From IMG/VR virus record IMGVR_UViG_3300046346_000048: a stretch of DNA of 37,754 bases, one strand, 5' to 3'. The position numbers were made by a program, and so were the translations under genes. The notes under the pieces are model-generated. The model was not told where the DNA came from, searched no databases, and saw only the letters and a program-made list of their open reading frames with translations. This DNA comes from a virus. This document shows, piece by piece, positions 6,533-15,451 of the stretch; position 1 is the stretch's first letter; each line of letters opens with the position of its first letter.

Positions 6533-7384
6533 TTACCTTTTATAAGTTCCGTAATAGGCAGCTAAAGCCCTCGCTTTCCTACCCATTGGAACGGACGCAG
6601 TGTCTCTGTTTGTCAAAGTCCTCATGCCTTGAGGTTGACGTTGCTGCGTCTGCAAAGCGGCTTGAGGGTATAAACTTTGCATCTTTTTTACTTTTGCTAC
6701 TCGCTGAGCGTCTTTGAAGAGTTCATCTTCGACAAGTTTCATTGCCTCGGGCACATCAAGAACTTCTTTACGTTCTCTCCATGTCCTCTCAATGAGCTTA
6801 ACGACAGTAGGAACACTCCTTGTTTCCCGTACCAATTCAAACGCGTCGCTGCGGCTCAAATGATCTGCTTCTCTTCGCATTTCTGCTAAGACTTGCCTTT
6901 CGGCTAAAGCATCTTTCTCAACAAACTTCTGATCTACACCCTGTCTTAAAGCTTCAATTTCTGCTTTAAGCTTATGCACCTCATTGTTTTGTTGATTACT
7001 CATAACCGCTTGTGCAAGCTGATCATAAGTCACACCATTTTCAAGTAACACATTCAAAGGATCGGATTTGAGACGACTAAGCTCGATCATGCCTTCTTTG
7101 GGCGCATTCGCTAAAGCTTGTTCTCTTACAAGAAGTTCCTTCTGACGAATCTGAAGAGCTCTTCTTTCTTTTGCTATCCGAGCTATTTGAGGGTCAATAG
7201 GCTGTGTTGCTGCACGTTCCTGTTTGACTTCTGGTGTTACATTAGTGGGTTCAGTGGGGCGATATTCTTCAGGATTAGCATTTGTAATCATCTTTATAGA
7301 TTGCAAAGGATGATTTTGAGGTGCGGTTACTCCCTGTTGATTCATAGTAGGGAGTCCACTTGTAGGCATTGGAGATACTTTCAT
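6533..7384 (-). CDS. Scaffolding protein
   Basis: 283 aa, highly charged and Gln/Glu/Lys/Arg-rich with long predicted helical and coiled-coil stretches. It lies between the portal and capsid genes. Confidence 0.65.
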   Translation of the reverse strand: MKVSPMPTSGLPTMNQQGVTAPQNHPLQSIKMITNANPEEYRPTEPTNVTPEVKQERAATQPIDPQIARIAKERRALQIRQKELLVREQALANAPKEGMIELSRLKSDPLNVLLENGVTYDQLAQAVMSNQQNNEVHKLKAEIEALRQGVDQKFVEKDALAERQVLAEMRREADHLSRSDAFELVRETRSVPTVVKLIERTWRERKEVLDVPEAMKLVEDELFKDAQRVAKVKKMQSLYPQAALQTQQRQPQGMRTLTNRDTASVPMGRKARALAAYYGTYKR

Positions 7385-7392
7385 AAAATCCT

Positions 7393-9315
7393 TTATGCTG
7401 CTTGTGCGTTCGTATTAGGTACTAATGGAGAAGTGGGAGCAGGCATTGGGGATGCCGTTGGTGTAGGTGCAGGTAAGGTAGGTTGTATGGGTTGCGAAGC
7501 TTGAATAAGCGTTTGTACTTGAATGAAAAATGTCTCAAGCATCTCGTCTTTTTTCTGATCCAGTTTTGCCGATCGATATAAATTGATGTATTTGACTACT
7601 AAATCCGTTGCAAGTTGCAGATCCATGAATGCGTCGGGAGGTGTATATTTGCCGTCTTCCACAATTTCATCAAGAATTTGAAAAATCCTTTCTTCAGATG
7701 CATTATCGAGTTTCTCATTCTCATCCAAATCAGGAAAGCGCATCAATCGACGACCTTCCTTCAGCGTCAACATGCCTGCCTGCACTTGCTCTGTTACAGT
7801 AGCGATGCGACCTGCAGGTGTTCTTGGAAGAGAAGACTCTGTAAAACATTGAATAATGAAAGGGTCTTCAAGAAAACTCATCTGAGGAAGATTGATTTCT
7901 CTCGTTCCGTCTTTGTTGGGATAAACTGTTTGGTAAGATCCAGTTTCTTTTGCGATATCCATCGCTGTATCTGTTATAAGATAGGATAAATCTACGTAGA
8001 TACGCTCAAATTTCTTACCTGTTTCAGAAAATCTATCGGAATTGATATCATCTGCACTACGTATTGCTTCCCCACTGTCTAAGCCTTGAGGCTTCTGACC
8101 TGTGGCTTGCATATTAGACACACCTTCTTGTCTAAACCCATATTCGATGAGTCTATCTCGTTCTTCATACAGTTCAGGAGCATTGCAAGGCGCTATTTCA
8201 TAACTAGGTTTGACACCTGAATAAGTGATAAGCACACCGATTTCATTATTGTTATGAGCCTTAACAACTTTGGAACCTTGTTCTATAAATACTCTAGGAA
8301 CACCCACAAGAGAGATAGCCCTAGTAATAGTATACATGATCCTATTGATGCTAAGCTGTGTCCCAAAGAGACGTGTAGCAATACCTTGGCCCCAAAAGCC
8401 AAGATAAGGATCAGAATAATTGAAGAACACAAAAGGAAACTTAGGTTTATTCCATTCTTCATCGAAGATCACACCATTTACTGTTGCAATTGTATGACGT
8501 CCTGCTATATATCCTGGAGCTTCTGGGTCATCACCACTTGGAAGCTTCCACCCTTCGACGACGAGAACTTGATCAGCAGTTGTTTGTCCAGAATCCGGCG
8601 AGTTGTCTGGGTAGGATTTAGGTGTATTTGCTATGATTCGTTTCGCTTTATTATTATTAGCCATGAGCTTATCTCTATCGACAAGCTTCAATTGTATGAG
8701 CTGTTGAGGGTCACCATTCAGTGAATCATTATCATCAACATAAAGATCAGTTACCATAACTCGATCAATTGCTACTTTGTTATCATGACCAGCATAAACT
8801 TTAAGAGCACCGCACCCCATAGTGAGACCGTCTCTTAAGATCTTCTTAACTTTTTCGTACGCATGCGTTTGATAGAGCTCACCGAGAATAAATCTATTGA
8901 GCTCCTGTGCAAGTAACCGTTTTTTATAATCTGCACCATCTGTTAAGAACTTTGGCTCAGGCTCGTTTTGAGTGATCCTTGAGATGAGAGTGTCGACGCA
9001 GGATTGTATGAGATTGAATGTTGGTCTATCATCAGGCAACGTTTTCGTGCGATCCATTTTTGAAACATTGGAACCTGCATACGAATACACCGAGAGACCA
9101 CAGTAAAGCCTGATGGAAACTGCCAATTGTCTAAGGCGATAAGTTTGATTCTTTTTAAGGTAAGAAGCGGTACTGCATAACTGGTTTGCGAGGCTAGTGT
9201 CATCTTCTGCTTTCCACCATTCTGCTAATTTAAGATCACCATTCGTACCGTCTTGATTCATACGAGTACGCATCTTAATAGTCTCTGGACCTTTTTTCGC
9301 AGGTGTTATTTTCAT
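7393..9315 (-). CDS. Portal protein
   Basis: The 640-aa ORF lies upstream of the scaffold and capsid genes and downstream of the terminase region. The call rests on size and synteny, with no motif confirmation. Confidence 0.65.
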   Translation of the reverse strand: MKITPAKKGPETIKMRTRMNQDGTNGDLKLAEWWKAEDDTSLANQLCSTASYLKKNQTYRLRQLAVSIRLYCGLSVYSYAGSNVSKMDRTKTLPDDRPTFNLIQSCVDTLISRITQNEPEPKFLTDGADYKKRLLAQELNRFILGELYQTHAYEKVKKILRDGLTMGCGALKVYAGHDNKVAIDRVMVTDLYVDDNDSLNGDPQQLIQLKLVDRDKLMANNNKAKRIIANTPKSYPDNSPDSGQTTADQVLVVEGWKLPSGDDPEAPGYIAGRHTIATVNGVIFDEEWNKPKFPFVFFNYSDPYLGFWGQGIATRLFGTQLSINRIMYTITRAISLVGVPRVFIEQGSKVVKAHNNNEIGVLITYSGVKPSYEIAPCNAPELYEERDRLIEYGFRQEGVSNMQATGQKPQGLDSGEAIRSADDINSDRFSETGKKFERIYVDLSYLITDTAMDIAKETGSYQTVYPNKDGTREINLPQMSFLEDPFIIQCFTESSLPRTPAGRIATVTEQVQAGMLTLKEGRRLMRFPDLDENEKLDNASEERIFQILDEIVEDGKYTPPDAFMDLQLATDLVVKYINLYRSAKLDQKKDEMLETFFIQVQTLIQASQPIQPTLPAPTPTASPMPAPTSPLVPNTNAQAA

Positions 9316-9524
9316 ACCGGTCCTGTATTTTGGACTGCATAAAACATAAGTTGATCATCTGTAAGTTCTTCTGCTAAAGGATCAGACTCAACCTGAGTTT
9401 CAGAAGTTGGCTTTGAAGGCATGTCACCAAACTTGACTGTAAGTCCTTCAAAAATTACAGATTCGACTCCTTGCTTTCTGCAAAGCTTTAAGAATTTCTC
9501 TATTTCTTTAAGATCCGTGAGCAT
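9312..9524 (-). CDS. Hypothetical protein (70 aa)
   Basis: Its start and stop overlap those of neighbouring genes, which suggests translational coupling in the head module. Confidence 0.5.
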   Translation of the reverse strand: MLTDLKEIEKFLKLCRKQGVESVIFEGLTVKFGDMPSKPTSETQVESDPLAEELTDDQLMFYAVQNTGPV

Positions 9525-10201
9525 TATGCAGGCACCGGCATCCTGTCTCGTTTCGCACGAGATCTCATGATGCGAGATACAATGTCATGCATTTCATCAT
9601 CTAGAGTTTGGTTGCCTATTTCATCACCAGAGTTTGCACCCGTATAATGTGAATCGAGATCATCATTGTTCACAAGATAATCAAACTCCGCTGGTTCTGA
9701 ATCTGCAATAGGATCAGAATCATTGGCAACTTGACCACCTTCTGAATAATGTTCTTCCCTTTGTTTCATGATTCGAGAAACCATATCTTCCTCTTCCATT
9801 GGGAAGCCTTGATTCTCTACAGCATGATCTACAATGCGATCAGGTTCAGATTCGTTATCTTCATCCATGCCACGAGGACCTATCTCATCTTGACCGTGCT
9901 GATTTAGCATACGGTCATCTTCCCGCATTGCTGGTTCATCTCTCTTCTCAGATTCTTCTGGCATGGATCTGTAACCCGAATCTTTTTCTTCTTCTACAAA
10001 TCCACCTTCTGCCATAGGATGACCATAGGCGCACATCTCTCCACCTGTAGCCATTTCATGTTCACGAGCTTTTTTCTTCATTGCATAAGCAATTGCTAAA
10101 GACTGATTCAATGGTTTTCCTTCACGCATCTCTGTAGATACATTTTTAGAAAATGAAGACGGTGATTTACCTTGGATAAGTGGCATACTAGGTACCCTCA
10201 C
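9524..10201 (-). CDS. Highly acidic hypothetical protein (225 aa) with A-x-GG motifs and a duplicated VSRIM.R segment
   Basis: Asp/Glu-rich sequence. Motifs are MATGGEM, MAEGGFV, YSEGGQV, and MVSRIMKQRE / IVSRIMRSRAKRD. It is located just upstream of the portal gene. Confidence 0.5.
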   Translation of the reverse strand: MRVPSMPLIQGKSPSSFSKNVSTEMREGKPLNQSLAIAYAMKKKAREHEMATGGEMCAYGHPMAEGGFVEEEKDSGYRSMPEESEKRDEPAMREDDRMLNQHGQDEIGPRGMDEDNESEPDRIVDHAVENQGFPMEEEDMVSRIMKQREEHYSEGGQVANDSDPIADSEPAEFDYLVNNDDLDSHYTGANSGDEIGNQTLDDEMHDIVSRIMRSRAKRDRMPVPA

Positions 10202-10952
10202 CTTGGAATAGATTCACAATAGACTTCACTGCATTGAGTCCCGCATCCGCAGTAGATAGGGAACTAAATACAACCGTAATAACATCAGCTGCTGCTGCTT
10301 GAATAAGCACAGAGCCCCCCATGATAGGTTGTGTGGGAGAAGGAAATCCCCATCGTCCGACTACCGTAGAATTTTGATTGATTACAATGTTAAGACCTGA
10401 CATTGCAGGATCACCAAATGATCCTGTAGACGTTACGGAGAATGAAGCCCCCGCAGAAGATCCACCTGCACCGTTAGCAGCTGCTGTGAGAGTACCAGGA
10501 TTAAGCTGAGTGATAATAACATGAGCACCTGATCCGGTGATTGTTACATATGAACCTGCTGAAGACGCTGCGATTGCAGTCCTTGCTGCACCACCCAGTG
10601 TGGATGCTGTGGCACCAGTTGCCCCATCTACTTCAATCCCTGTAAGACCAGATACAGCAGGATCAGTGCCTGCAGAGTTAATATTAAACCATACATAGTA
10701 CCCCCTCAGATTACCTGCGACATAAAATGTGAGGTACGTATTGTTTCTACTGCCTGCTGTATCAGCAGCTACTGTGACATCTGTGACGTTTGCAGAAGGT
10801 TGTGTCGTAACAGGAGGCATTCCAGAAGCAAGATAAGGAATGAAACTTTTAAATGAGCAAGTATATAATCCAGCGGTAACGACATTATATGTTTGAGTCC
10901 CTAATCCACCTACGACCGTACTCGTATTAGCTTGTAAGCTATTTATTGTCAT
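10188..10952 (-). CDS. Hypothetical Ala/Gly/Thr/Ser-rich protein (254 aa), probably virion-associated
   Basis: The ORF follows TerL and is preceded by conserved motif copy B. No domain recognised. Confidence 0.5.
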   Translation of the reverse strand: MTINSLQANTSTVVGGLGTQTYNVVTAGLYTCSFKSFIPYLASGMPPVTTQPSANVTDVTVAADTAGSRNNTYLTFYVAGNLRGYYVWFNINSAGTDPAVSGLTGIEVDGATGATASTLGGAARTAIAASSAGSYVTITGSGAHVIITQLNPGTLTAAANGAGGSSAGASFSVTSTGSFGDPAMSGLNIVINQNSTVVGRWGFPSPTQPIMGGSVLIQAAAADVITVVFSSLSTADAGLNAVKSIVNLFQGEGT

Positions 10953-10987
10953 TTTTTGTCCTTTTTTGAATGAATTGCATTCAATTA

Positions 10988-11007
10988 TGGGACAAATGGG
11001 GTGATTT
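10988..11007 (-). promoter_or_regulatory. Conserved late-gene motif, copy B
   Basis: Identical 20-mer to 4720-4739. It abuts the terL stop codon and lies about 35 nt upstream of the ATG at 10952. Confidence 0.5.
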
Positions 11008-12455
11008 TAACCCAGTTCTCCTAAACTTCCCATTTCAGGCCAGTCATTTTTTTGCTCGAGTTGTTCTCTTTCGCGTTCCCATATGTCTTCGGATTGTTGT
11101 CTATGCCATTCAGGGGAATATAAAGTGAGCTTCTTTTGAGCAGGCGCTGAGGAGTAATGATAACCACCTCGCCATGAATATAACGCCGCGTCTGTACAAT
11201 GGTTGGGCAGCGAAGGATGCTCTTTCTTGGGGTATTTAATCTTATCCCCGTCTGTGACCCATACTAAGGACGACATTTCCTCCCATAGAGGACGGTTCTC
11301 GGATGTATCAAGAATCTTAATCTTGCCTTGAATAAGATCTGAGTTCATAAGCTCTATAAATGTCACCTTGTCTTGCTTCTCTGCGTACTCAAAAGGAATT
11401 GCTGAGCGCATACGCATAGACTCGACTCCCTGCTTATTGGCTCCATCTATGATGATCTTGTGGGGCGCATATTGTGGATCACGTTGGAATTCCCCAATCT
11501 TTGCTGCGACATCATCGAATGTCATTTTCTTTTGTTTAAAGACTTTGAGAATATATAGATGAGGATCGTTGATATGATACGCTGTAAGCACGAAAGCTGA
11601 ATCATCTTCCCATCCCGTATCGACTCCAAGTATATAAGACCATCCTTGCACCGGCAAATGCGGGATTTGTTTGATGAGATTCCGTACTATATCGAATCTA
11701 TAGACAAGCTTTTCTTCATCTATCACCCACTGATTGAGATACCATTGTTTATACTGTGGGGTTTGCATGTATTCAGGACGGTCTAACGCAATCTTATCAA
11801 GAGTCTCTTGCCATTGCTTTGCAACATAAGGATTGTCATATGCTGTCCATTCAAATCTCTTCCAACCCCTTTCAACATTGGTCGTAATATCGTAGAAAAG
11901 ACCTCTTGGGAAGTTTGATGCAGTACCCATTAGACATGTTGTACCCCTCATGTCTGCCATAGCAGGTCCGAGAACACCGTACACCAAGTTACGAAGATCA
12001 ATTGTGTACATACTGGCTTCATCAATACAGACTAAAGCCCATTTGCGCCCCAAGAGCTTAAACATCTCATCTTCAGATGTATCTACACCTGTAGCATAGA
12101 TGACAGACCCATTCGGAAAAGTCATCGTAAGCGCTACTTGATTAAAACTTGCATTTAGATTGTAATGCGTATTAAGTACTGTTAAGATGTCTTTCCATAT
12201 TATAGCTTTTGCAGAATCTCTTGTCAGTCCTATGAACAAGCAGTTACAGTTCGGGTTCTCGAGTGCTGTTTTTACAAGATACAATCCTATAGTGAATGAT
12301 TTGGCAGCACGACGAGTGCAAAAGAGCGTCTTTTGTTTTGCAGGATCTTGGATAAATTCTATTTGCTGCTTGAAAGCATGTTCTAAGACATTCGGGATCT
12401 TAGCCTGCAAGGCTTTGCGTAATGCTAACTCTTCGAAAAAAAGACGTGAGTTCAA
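11007..12455 (-). CDS. terL: Terminase large subunit
   Basis: 482 aa. Walker A-like LFCTRRAAKS, Walker B LVCIDEA, and nuclease-domain acidic motifs ILGVDTGWEDD, IIIDGANKQG and HCTDAALY. Confidence 0.9.
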   Translation of the reverse strand: MNSRLFFEELALRKALQAKIPNVLEHAFKQQIEFIQDPAKQKTLFCTRRAAKSFTIGLYLVKTALENPNCNCLFIGLTRDSAKAIIWKDILTVLNTHYNLNASFNQVALTMTFPNGSVIYATGVDTSEDEMFKLLGRKWALVCIDEASMYTIDLRNLVYGVLGPAMADMRGTTCLMGTASNFPRGLFYDITTNVERGWKRFEWTAYDNPYVAKQWQETLDKIALDRPEYMQTPQYKQWYLNQWVIDEEKLVYRFDIVRNLIKQIPHLPVQGWSYILGVDTGWEDDSAFVLTAYHINDPHLYILKVFKQKKMTFDDVAAKIGEFQRDPQYAPHKIIIDGANKQGVESMRMRSAIPFEYAEKQDKVTFIELMNSDLIQGKIKILDTSENRPLWEEMSSLVWVTDGDKIKYPKKEHPSLPNHCTDAALYSWRGGYHYSSAPAQKKLTLYSPEWHRQQSEDIWEREREQLEQKNDWPEMGSLGELG

Positions 12456-12845
12456 TCAAAACTTCCTCGGTCTACCCGTAGTCTTATCTACTGTGCCTGC
12501 TATTGACGCAGCTATTGCCTGTTGCCTAGATTGCATTGCCTGTGCGGTTTGGGGAGTTTGCGCAATGACTTCTACAGGCATAACATCTTCAACTTTTATA
12601 GGAGGATTTATCATATGTGCAATTGTGCCTTCAGGTATACCATGCCTTGCCATTGCAGCAAGTGTGGACGGTGCTTGAGTACTTTTATAAGGTAACGTAC
12701 CTACATGTGGACCTGCAGGAATATATACCTCTTTAACTTGCAAGAGCGATCCAACTTCCTTAATCCTATTTGCAATAAGCTCCTTTGTAACTTTAGGCAG
12801 CTTATGATTCATGAGCAGATCGATGAGAAAGCTAAGCTCAGTCAT
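12456..12845 (-). CDS. Hypothetical protein (129 aa)
   Basis: The ORF abuts the terL start. No motif recognised. Confidence 0.5.
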   Translation of the reverse strand: MTELSFLIDLLMNHKLPKVTKELIANRIKEVGSLLQVKEVYIPAGPHVGTLPYKSTQAPSTLAAMARHGIPEGTIAHMINPPIKVEDVMPVEVIAQTPQTAQAMQSRQQAIAASIAGTVDKTTGRPRKF

Positions 12846-13134
12846 CTATCAAACTCTTATAATGCTTGTTTAAATATGGATTAGCTCTATTAAAGATACC
12901 ACCCCTTTGCACATTAATTGCTTCTTTTCTTTCAGCATAACATTTTATTGCATCGGTTGTGTGTGCTATAATCTCAGGTTGTTTGCATTCTATAATTGAA
13001 GAGAAAGTCACATTTTCAAGATCTTTGTTAGCTTCTAATATCTTGAGAGTAGAATTACATTGATTATTTGAAGACTCATAAGGAAGCTTACCTTCATGCT
13101 TTTTATAAGTTTCTTTTAATAAAACAACTCTCAT
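12838..13134 (-). CDS. Hypothetical protein (98 aa)
   Basis: Overlapping start and stop codons place it in an operon context. Confidence 0.45.
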   Translation of the reverse strand: MRVVLLKETYKKHEGKLPYESSNNQCNSTLKILEANKDLENVTFSSIIECKQPEIIAHTTDAIKCYAERKEAINVQRGGIFNRANPYLNKHYKSLIDD

Positions 13135-13478
13135 TTTACTTTCCCTCCTACTCCGCTCTTGCCATGCCCATGCCCTGCATGCACATGAGACATAGGAGTT
13201 TCTACTTGTGCAGAGATAATTCCAGCAGTCATGGGATGAGAGACTTGCGGTGCTCGTAATGTTGGTACACCTTCTACCATCCTCGCAATATCACCAGATG
13301 GTATTATCACAGTTTCCCCATTAAACGTGGCATGCAATTCCTTCTCTTGTCTATCGTACACAAGTTCTAAGCCTCCTGATCTTGTAGGATCAAGCTTAAG
13401 GCCATGATTCTTGCCACCGATGAAACATGGCGTTTTAACTTCTGCGAATTTTAGTTGTAACATATGTCTCTCAAGCAA
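13131..13478 (-). CDS. Hypothetical protein (115 aa) with a His/Gly-rich C-terminus
   Basis: ORF in the operon. The C-terminus is HVHAGHGHGKSGVGGKVK. Confidence 0.45.
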   Translation of the reverse strand: MLERHMLQLKFAEVKTPCFIGGKNHGLKLDPTRSGGLELVYDRQEKELHATFNGETVIIPSGDIARMVEGVPTLRAPQVSHPMTAGIISAQVETPMSHVHAGHGHGKSGVGGKVK

Positions 13479-13908
13479 ATGGATTAAACTTCAAATGTCT
13501 ATACTCTTCTCTAGAATTCCATATTTCAATTGCTATTGCTGTAATGTGAGTGAATGTACTAATTCCTTTAGGAACAAGGCTAGTACCAATACCGATATGC
13601 CTATTATCAGTATGCACATGTACGTAATCAAGCACATCTTCTCGACTAACTGAAAACCCCAAGCATACATCATGATCCTCCTCTAATACCGCTAGTCTTG
13701 TTAGGGAATCGGGCTTGGCTAGGAGCTTTTCAATGTAGATATGATAATGCTTGTAATACTGATGAGAGGTAATCTTGCGAAAGAGTGGATTACCAAAGCG
13801 AAGGGAGCGAAGCCATCTTGAATATACAAGCGCGGTGTAATTGGTTGGAAGCTTTGAGGAGTGATATTCTAAGATTTTGTATGTCGCTTGGGGTTCTTTA
13901 ACTTCCAC
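13471..13908 (-). CDS. Possible GNAT-like acetyltransferase (145 aa)
   Basis: The segment VHVHTDNRHIGIGTSLV fits GNAT motif A (R..G.G). Weak call made by eye. Confidence 0.35.
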   Translation of the reverse strand: MEVKEPQATYKILEYHSSKLPTNYTALVYSRWLRSLRFGNPLFRKITSHQYYKHYHIYIEKLLAKPDSLTRLAVLEEDHDVCLGFSVSREDVLDYVHVHTDNRHIGIGTSLVPKGISTFTHITAIAIEIWNSREEYRHLKFNPFA

Positions 13909-14273
13909 TTTTCTTCGTACCTTCTGATGATTAACCGCACGTTTTTTCTATCTCTACTAAGCCCTAAAAGCTGAAGTTCTGCTACGATATTCTTTATCTT
14001 TGCTCCTTCTGCGAATCTAATCATTATAATTTTATGCGAAGGATCTTTGTATTTTGTCTCAGGATCTTCTGCAATATGGCTAAGAATTGTAAAATACTCT
14101 TCAACTGCTACGATCCTGTCCTTGTCTTTTTCTTTGCCATAAGAATCCAATGCATCCGTTTTAAGATATCTTTCATTGCCATTTGTGTTTTCGATATCTT
14201 TAAATCCAGAATCTTGCGCTTTCTTGTACCAGAGATCTTGCAAAGCTTTGAACTCTTCCTTTGTTAGTTTCAC
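13869..14273 (-). CDS. Hypothetical protein, possible DNA-binding protein (134 aa)
   Basis: The basic C-terminus has a helix-turn-helix-like segment, IKNIVAELQLLGLSRDRKNVRLIIRRY. Confidence 0.4.
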   Translation of the reverse strand: MKLTKEEFKALQDLWYKKAQDSGFKDIENTNGNERYLKTDALDSYGKEKDKDRIVAVEEYFTILSHIAEDPETKYKDPSHKIIMIRFAEGAKIKNIVAELQLLGLSRDRKNVRLIIRRYEEKWKLKNPKRHTKS

Positions 14274-14530
14274 ACACTTTTTCTATCCTTGAATTTTAGT
14301 GTAGGAATATTTTCTTTCTTTGCCAACTCAGGTGCTTGGAAGGCTTTATCAAGATCTACAGGTCGCCCTGTAATGTGATAGCCTGCTGTCCAAGCTTTAA
14401 TCATAAGGTTCTTAAATCTGTCTTGTGTAGCTAATGCCATACGCTCAGATTCTTTTTGCTCAACGGTTTTCCCATCCACTAACTCTTCATAGTGCTGCTC
14501 AGTCGGTGCAATGGGAAATTCTTTATTCAT
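14270..14530 (-). CDS. Hypothetical protein (86 aa)
   Basis: ORF in the operon, with an ATGA-type overlap downstream. Confidence 0.45.
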   Translation of the reverse strand: MNKEFPIAPTEQHYEELVDGKTVEQKESERMALATQDRFKNLMIKAWTAGYHITGRPVDLDKAFQAPELAKKENIPTLKFKDRKSV

Positions 14531-14646
14531 GACTCTTTCATTTTCTTTAACTTGAAATCAAATTTCTTCTCAAGTTTACCCTCACGGAATACGCGTAAGT
14601 TTCCTTCACGGTCCATGTGAATATCAAACTGCCCAAGAGTTACCGA

Positions 14647-15054
14647 TCACTCCATTCCTATTCTCGGTAAAGTTTCTGCTTCTTGCTTAGTAAGCCTTTC
14701 TTTCGCTCTTTCTCTTAGTTCTGTGCCAATTGTAATTGCAGTCTGATTTGCTGCACCTTTGCGCGCTGCATGGATAAAGTATGCATCAGGTTTATGATCT
14801 TCTGTAGGACCTAGATGTAAGATCATATTAGCAAGAACACCCTTCACAGAATCTATGAGGATCTGTGGATCTTGCTCAGGTTCACCTTTGATGAGTGCGC
14901 CACTTATGATCCGATCACTCCATTCGTGGAACTCCTTACGACCCATAGGCAATGGTCTTGGTTCCCCCATCTGCTCTAAGATTTCTTCTTTAGGAGTAGA
15001 CTTTAAATTCTTTGTTTGTACAGCAATGCGCTTCACTTGTGATTTACTTAACAT
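14647..15054 (-). CDS. Hypothetical protein (135 aa; start moved to an internal ATG)
   Basis: The track ORF starts at 15099, inside the upstream gene. The ATG at 15054 (MLSKSQVKRIAV...) is preceded by GAGGG and overlaps the upstream stop region. Confidence 0.45.
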   Translation of the reverse strand: MLSKSQVKRIAVQTKNLKSTPKEEILEQMGEPRPLPMGRKEFHEWSDRIISGALIKGEPEQDPQILIDSVKGVLANMILHLGPTEDHKPDAYFIHAARKGAANQTAITIGTELRERAKERLTKQEAETLPRIGME

Positions 15055-15448
15055 CGGCACCCTCTGGTAATAAAGTTTTGACTGTTTCAATAAGCTCATT
15101 CATGGACATACGTTTAATCTTGTCACGCTCTATATCTGACACATCTGAATACTCGACTTTATCCTTAACTTTACCCCATAAGCGGTCTAGCAATACTTGC
15201 CTTGCATCTTTGTCACCCTTTGCTGCACTTGCTACAATCTGCCCGAACATGATCTCGAACATAGTTGCATCTGGACGTTGTAACTCTGCTTGCAATTCAG
15301 TTCTTGATAAGGCGCCGTACTTTTGCAATCCTTCGAGGAATTGTATATAGGATGTCTCTTTGATTGCAGATACAATAGGATTTGCTTTCTTACGTCCAGA
15401 AGGATTACCAGATACACCCTTCTTGAATTGAGTACGTTCTTTGCTCAC
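15044..15448 (-). CDS. DUF5681-type protein, small terminase subunit candidate
   Basis: The N-terminal FKKGVSGNPSGRKK matches the F.kGqSGNP.GRpkG signature of DUF5681 phage proteins. It lies at the head of the packaging and late operon. Confidence 0.55.
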   Translation of the reverse strand: MSKERTQFKKGVSGNPSGRKKANPIVSAIKETSYIQFLEGLQKYGALSRTELQAELQRPDATMFEIMFGQIVASAAKGDKDARQVLLDRLWGKVKDKVEYSDVSDIERDKIKRMSMNELIETVKTLLPEGADVK

Positions 15449-15451
15449 CTG

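Noticed and set aside
14527-14616. A 29-aa ORF (MDREGNLRVFREGKLEKKFDFKLKKMKES), in frame with the preceding gene past its TGA, as possible stop-codon read-through
   Set aside because: There is no ribosome-binding site and no recognisable read-through context. It could be a real micro-ORF, but there is too little evidence to call it either way.
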